A DNA stretch of 64,000 nucleotides from Endomicrobiales bacterium (GTDB lineage: Bacteria; Elusimicrobiota; Endomicrobiia; Endomicrobiales; JALOBY01): NCBI GenBank assembly GCA_963796955.1, contig CAWCNJ010000008.1, positions 192,001 to 256,000 of the forward strand, given 5' to 3'. Below are positions 59,680 through 64,000 of this stretch, piece by piece (position 1 is the first letter of the stretch; each line of letters begins with the position of its first letter). The notes under the pieces were generated by a model. It had not been told where the DNA came from and searched no databases. It saw nothing but the letters and a program-made list of their open reading frames with translations. The position numbers and the translations under genes were made by a program.

Positions 59680-60131
59680 ATGAAACATTACAGAAAATTA
59701 AAGACAATTTCGGCGATACGATAACGGTCTGGGATGAAAGCCATGCAGGAAAGGTCTATATCGACCTTAACGACACGAAGATCAGGACGGTGGCAAGCCA
59801 TATGCACAACGCCGCTCACGCGCGATTCATTTCGATCACGGCTTCGGACGTCCCGTCCGGCATAGAGCTGTTGTATCATTTTTCTCTGGACAGCGCCGGT
59901 TTGGTCGTATCGTTCAGAGTACTGCTGGCAGACAAACAAGACCCTTCGATAGAAACGATCGCACCGTTGTTCAGGGGCGCCCACTGGATAGAGAGAGAAG
60001 TGCACGAGCTGATGGGTGTGAACTTCGCGGGGAACAGTGAACAGAACAATCACCTTCTGCTGCCGGAAGATTGGCCCGGGGGCGTCTATCCTCTCAGGAA
60101 AACCTTCGTCAGTGAAAAGGCAAGATCATGA
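59676..60131 (+). CDS. NuoC-like (30 kDa) hydrogenase subunit
   Basis: LLYHF, WIEREVHELMGVNF.G, LLLPEDWP...YPLRK. Confidence 0.9.
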   Translation: MNETLQKIKDNFGDTITVWDESHAGKVYIDLNDTKIRTVASHMHNAAHARFISITASDVPSGIELLYHFSLDSAGLVVSFRVLLADKQDPSIETIAPLFRGAHWIEREVHELMGVNFAGNSEQNNHLLLPEDWPGGVYPLRKTFVSEKARS

Positions 60132-61321
60132 CAGAATTAAATAAAACGATCATCCCCATAGGTCCCTATCACCCTCTGCAGGAAGAGCCGGAGTTCTTCA
60201 AACTGCATGTCGACGGCGAAAAGGTGGTAGGTATCGATATCGAGATCGGGTACAATCACCGGGGGATAGAAAAACTCTCCGAATCGAAACATTATGACCA
60301 GAGCCTGTTCCTGGTAGAGCGCATCTGCGGTATTTGTTCCACCAGCCATCCGCTTGCATTTGCGAGCGCTGTTGAGAACCTGGCCGGGATCGAAATACCT
60401 GACCGGGCGAAATATATACGCAGCTTTGTCGGAGAGATGGAACGGGTGCATAGCCACCTGTTATGGCTGGGTCTTGCCGGACATTTTATCGGCTATAACA
60501 CCGTTTGGATGTGGGCATGGAAATACCGTGAGCCGGTGCTGGACATATTCGAAAAGATCGCCGGGAACCGCCAGCATTACGCGATGATGAAGATAGGCGG
60601 TGTCAGGCGCGACATTCCGAAAGAAGATATCCCCTGGATACGTGCGACGCTCAACGATCTGCGCGTCCACATGGAAATGCTGCGGGACGCGATAATCGAC
60701 GATCCGGTGCTCCATGCCAGACTTAAAGGTATCGGAACATTGACAAAAAAGGACGTTATAGATTTCTGCGCGACCGGCCCGTTGGCGAGAGCCTCAGGCT
60801 TGGATATCGACGTCAGGCGCGATGCGCCTTACGCAGCCTACCCGATGCTGGATTTTAAGGTCATCACGGCCGCCGAAGGCGACATATACGCAAAGACCAT
60901 CGTCAGGATACTGGAAATACTCGAAGCGATAAAAATAGGCCACCAATGCATCAACTGGCTTGAAACGAACAACGGTGAGCTGTCCCTGAATATCAAAGAT
61001 ATCCCTGCCGGCGAAGGGATCGGCCGCCATGAAGCGCCGCGCGGCGAATGTTTCCATTACGTGAAAAGCGACCGCACGACCAGGCCTGTACGGCACAAGG
61101 TGCGTTCACCGTCTTTCATGAACGTCGCGACCAACGCCCAGGCGGTGTTAGGCTACCACATATCAGACGCACTGATAGTGCTGGGCGCCGTCGACCCGTG
61201 CTATTGCTGCGCGGAACGGCTGGCGGTAGTTCGCGATAACCGCGGCGAAACCGCTTTGTCTTACGGTGATCTGCTGAAATTGTCATGTGAAAAAACTGAA
61301 CGCTTAAGGAAACAATTTTAA
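60128..61321 (+). CDS. Group 4 (probably 4g/Mbh-like) [NiFe]-hydrogenase large subunit
   Basis: IPIGPYHP, GYNHRGIEK, L1 ERICGICSTSH, EAPRGE, L2 DPCYCCAER followed by a C-terminal extension. Confidence 0.92.
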   Translation: MTELNKTIIPIGPYHPLQEEPEFFKLHVDGEKVVGIDIEIGYNHRGIEKLSESKHYDQSLFLVERICGICSTSHPLAFASAVENLAGIEIPDRAKYIRSFVGEMERVHSHLLWLGLAGHFIGYNTVWMWAWKYREPVLDIFEKIAGNRQHYAMMKIGGVRRDIPKEDIPWIRATLNDLRVHMEMLRDAIIDDPVLHARLKGIGTLTKKDVIDFCATGPLARASGLDIDVRRDAPYAAYPMLDFKVITAAEGDIYAKTIVRILEILEAIKIGHQCINWLETNNGELSLNIKDIPAGEGIGRHEAPRGECFHYVKSDRTTRPVRHKVRSPSFMNVATNAQAVLGYHISDALIVLGAVDPCYCCAERLAVVRDNRGETALSYGDLLKLSCEKTERLRKQF

Positions 61322-63105
61322 TGCTGCTCTACCCGATAATGGTTCCGCTCTTCGCAAGTCTGGTGTTCATGCTCATACCGCGCCGTTTCAGCGCGGCGTG
61401 CCGTAACGCGCTTGCTTTTATTGCCGCCGCCAATATCGTTATTTGCTTTGCCATAGCTTTCAGGCAGGCAAAGGTTATATCAGAGCTGCTCAGGTTCGAT
61501 GCGCTCTCGGCCCTGGTCCTGGCCGGCGCGGCTTTTTTCGCCGCAGTGATCACCGCGTACGCCATCGGTTATTTCGACGCTGCGTTCAACTGGAAATCCT
61601 TCGGGATCTATGTTTGCTGGGCGATGGCCTGCGCCAGCGGCATCGCGCTCACCAATGATTTTGTACTCTTGCTGGTCTTCTGGGGTTTTCTGGGCCTGAC
61701 GTTATTCCTTATGATGAACCTTGATCCCAAGGCTTCCCAGGCCGCAAAAAAAATGCTTATCATCGTAGGCGGCACCGATATTTTGATGGCCGCGGGCATT
61801 GTGATCATCTGGTCTCAACGGAACAGCTGGATGATGAGCGGGACCCCCTTGCCGGTGACCGGGATCAATGTTATGGCTTTCATTCTGATAGCGGTCGGCG
61901 CGCTTGCAAAAGCCGGCGCTTTCCCGGTGCACTCCTGGCTGCCGGACGCCGCCGAGTTCTCTCCTGCGCCGTTCACCGCAATGCTGCCGGCCTCGCTGGA
62001 CAAATTGCTGGGCATTTATTTGCTGACGCGCGTCGTTACCGGCTTTTTTGAACCCGCGGCGCCTTTCATTACCGGCTTTCTTCTCATAATAGGTGCGATC
62101 ACCGTTTTTGGCGCGGCTATGATGTCGCTGGTCCAAAAGGACATGAAGAGGCTGTTAGGCTATTGCGCCGTCTCCCAGGTGGGTTTCATGGTCATCGGCA
62201 TCGGTACGGGAAACCTTATCGCCATGGCAGGCGGCCTGTTCCATATGCTCAATCACGCCATATACAAATCTTCTCTTTTCATGACGGCGGGTTCCGTCGA
62301 AAAACAGACCGGCACTACGGACCTGGACAAACTTGGCGGTTTGGCCAAGGCGATGCCGCTGACGTTCGTGAGCGCGCTTGTTGCATCGCTGTCGATCTCC
62401 GGTTTTCCGCCGTTCAACGGCTTCTTCTCAAAGTGGATGATATACCAGGGTCTGCTGGTCTCCTTCTCTCAAGACCATTCGGTGATCACGATCGTCGCGC
62501 TGCTCTCGGCCATGTTCGGCACCTCGCTGACATTGGCGGCCTTCATTAAGCTGTTGCACTCGGCCTATCTTTCTTTTCCGCGTTTGTCCCTGGAAAGCAT
62601 AAAGGAAGTCCCGCCGGTCATGTGGATATCTACCATGCTTTTGAGCGTACTGTGCCTGGTGCTTGGTATCGGTTCCATGAATTTCGTAGTGCCGCGCATT
62701 ATCCTGCCGGCCCTTTCAGCCGCCACCTCCGGCAATATTCCTTTGCTGGTCTACCCATCAGGTCTCGCGATAGCCTGCCTGTTGGGAAGCATCGCGGCGG
62801 GCATATTGTTCTACGTTATCACCGTGCTGCCGGTCAGAAAAGATTGCGCGTACCTGGGCGGGGAAAATGTGGATGAGAATTGCTACCCGACCGGCACCGA
62901 CTTTTACAGGACTTTTGAGACTGCACCGCTGCTCAGGAGCGTCTACCGTTGGTCGAAAAATAAATATCTGGATCTGTATGACCTTTCTGCGCGGGCATTA
63001 CGCAGCGCAGGTTCTGTACTTTCAGATATGCATGCCGGCGTATTAAATTCTTACGTGCTGTGGGTGGTCGCCGGCCTGATAGCACTGTTACTGGTATCCC
63101 TATGA
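61321..63105 (+). CDS. Antiporter-like membrane subunit (NuoL/HyfB/MrpA-D family)
   Basis: KAGAFPVHSWLPDA, KRLLGY..VSQVG, H.LNHA.YK..LF..AG, LGGL.K.MP, G.PPFNGFFSKW. Confidence 0.9.
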   Translation: MLLYPIMVPLFASLVFMLIPRRFSAACRNALAFIAAANIVICFAIAFRQAKVISELLRFDALSALVLAGAAFFAAVITAYAIGYFDAAFNWKSFGIYVCWAMACASGIALTNDFVLLLVFWGFLGLTLFLMMNLDPKASQAAKKMLIIVGGTDILMAAGIVIIWSQRNSWMMSGTPLPVTGINVMAFILIAVGALAKAGAFPVHSWLPDAAEFSPAPFTAMLPASLDKLLGIYLLTRVVTGFFEPAAPFITGFLLIIGAITVFGAAMMSLVQKDMKRLLGYCAVSQVGFMVIGIGTGNLIAMAGGLFHMLNHAIYKSSLFMTAGSVEKQTGTTDLDKLGGLAKAMPLTFVSALVASLSISGFPPFNGFFSKWMIYQGLLVSFSQDHSVITIVALLSAMFGTSLTLAAFIKLLHSAYLSFPRLSLESIKEVPPVMWISTMLLSVLCLVLGIGSMNFVVPRIILPALSAATSGNIPLLVYPSGLAIACLLGSIAAGILFYVITVLPVRKDCAYLGGENVDENCYPTGTDFYRTFETAPLLRSVYRWSKNKYLDLYDLSARALRSAGSVLSDMHAGVLNSYVLWVVAGLIALLLVSL

Positions 63106-63644
63106 ACATGAACTCAATGGCAATATTACTGACCGTACTTATTTCGCTGATGGTCATCGGCGCTATCGCGGCTCTGGAAACAAAGAATATGTTCGCGGCT
63201 GTGCTCAGCTGGGCGGGAGCCTGTCTGACGCTTTCAGCTATATTTGTGATGCTTAACGCTCTCGATCTGGCGGTCGTACAACTGGCCGTCGAAATCATCG
63301 TTGTCGTGTTACTGCTGCGCGCTACCGCCAGTCTCGGAACGGAGACGCCGAGGGAACGCTCCGTGCTCAGCGCACTGCCGAGATATCTAACCGCGCTGCT
63401 TATGGCCGCCGGCTTTTTCATACTGTGTTATTTTGCCTTAAAAGATCTGCCGCCCTTTGGCCTGCCGTTGTTTAAAGCTGCGCAGACCGTGCTGAATAAC
63501 GGCTCGCAGACCACCGGCTTCACCAATCTTGCCGGCGCGGTATTCTTAAGGATCAGGTCTCTCGATGTTTTCGCGGCCGCAGCCCTGTTCTTCGCGGCTG
63601 TGCTTGGCGCGATGTCGCTGCTGCGCGGCAAGGGGCACAAATGA
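63102..63644 (+). CDS. Mrp/Mbh-type small membrane subunit (DUF4040 plus MnhB-N-like)
   Basis: A.DLA..QL.VE, PPFG, N...AV....R.LD motifs. Confidence 0.75.
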   Translation: MNMNSMAILLTVLISLMVIGAIAALETKNMFAAVLSWAGACLTLSAIFVMLNALDLAVVQLAVEIIVVVLLLRATASLGTETPRERSVLSALPRYLTALLMAAGFFILCYFALKDLPPFGLPLFKAAQTVLNNGSQTTGFTNLAGAVFLRIRSLDVFAAAALFFAAVLGAMSLLRGKGHK

Positions 63645-64000
63645 AATTTATGTCACGTAAAACCGCAATAATTATACTGGTCGGCGCAGCCATGGTACTC
63701 GCGATCATTTTCTCGCTCCTCGGCGCGGCACTGCCGGGCGGCGCCTTCGCCTCGGGAATACTGTTTGCCGCAGCCTATATCACCGTTCTTTTTACTGTCG
63801 GCCGGCAGCAAATGGCGGAATATTGCTCCGTCGCGCAGCTGGTGGCTGTCAGCTGCAGTGGTCTGGCGCTCCTGCTGTTGTTATCCCTGCTTGGCTCCAG
63901 CAGCATTGGCTCGGGCAGCTTCATGGGTGACGCTTTCGCCGGCTCCAGGGTGTTCAGTATCATCGCTTTGAATATTTCGATCGCGCTTGCCTTCGGCGCC
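63641..64000 (+). CDS. MnhB/MbhF-like membrane subunit, truncated by the window end
   Basis: Open frame from ATG 63641 (MKFMSRKTAIIILVG...LPGGAFASG...) resembling the MnhB PGGGF.GG motif; not in the ORF track because no stop is present. Confidence 0.7.
   Translation, partial: MKFMSRKTAIIILVGAAMVLAIIFSLLGAALPGGAFASGILFAAAYITVLFTVGRQQMAEYCSVAQLVAVSCSGLALLLLLSLLGSSSIGSGSFMGDAFAGSRVFSIIALNISIALAFGA

Noticed and set aside
60128..61321. Selenocysteine ([NiFeSe]) recoding
   Set aside because: All ligand positions are Cys codons; there is no in-frame TGA.
58323..63105. Respiratory complex I or a Ni-less Ehr/Mbx complex
   Set aside because: The large subunit keeps both CxxC Ni-binding motifs and a C-terminal extension; there is no NuoEFG.

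Overview
A 64-kb bacterial chromosome segment, about 50% GC by eye, almost entirely + strand, from a diderm anaerobe. The pilin style, the PorV-like/TPR protein and the group 4 hydrogenase layout suggest Elusimicrobiota (inference only). There are four blocks. (1) 1-5.9 kb: type IV pilus genes (pilin 3' end, pilD, pilMNOP, pilQ). (2) 5.9-38.8 kb: a ~33-kb surface-glycan locus directly after pilQ, with an O-antigen-ligase/O-OTase-TPR protein, seven further GT-C-type membrane transferases, soluble GT2/GT4/GT9 enzymes, a MurJ-family flippase, a WecA-like initiator, and tailoring enzymes (two B12-radical-SAM, three SAM methyltransferases, an AsnB-type amidotransferase, a UGM-like flavoprotein). 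It ends at a ~147-nt hairpin and a pilin-like ORF, around which local strand skew flips sharply. (3) 39.3-55.8 kb: small genes, then icd-ndk-ackA-yceD-rpmF-plsX-fabHDG-acpP-fabF-rnc, an acyl-CoA dehydrogenase with ~10 indels, etfB, a ferredoxin-fused etfA and a PorV-like/TPR gene. (4) 55.8-64 kb: an operon with a consensus sigma70 promoter and a perfect Rex box, joining an AsrA/AsrB (sulfhydrogenase beta/gamma-like) NAD(P)H module to a membrane-bound group 4 [NiFe]-hydrogenase with Mrp-like subunits; it runs off the window. I saw no rRNA, tRNA, CRISPR array or transposase. Several frameshifts look like long-read consensus errors.
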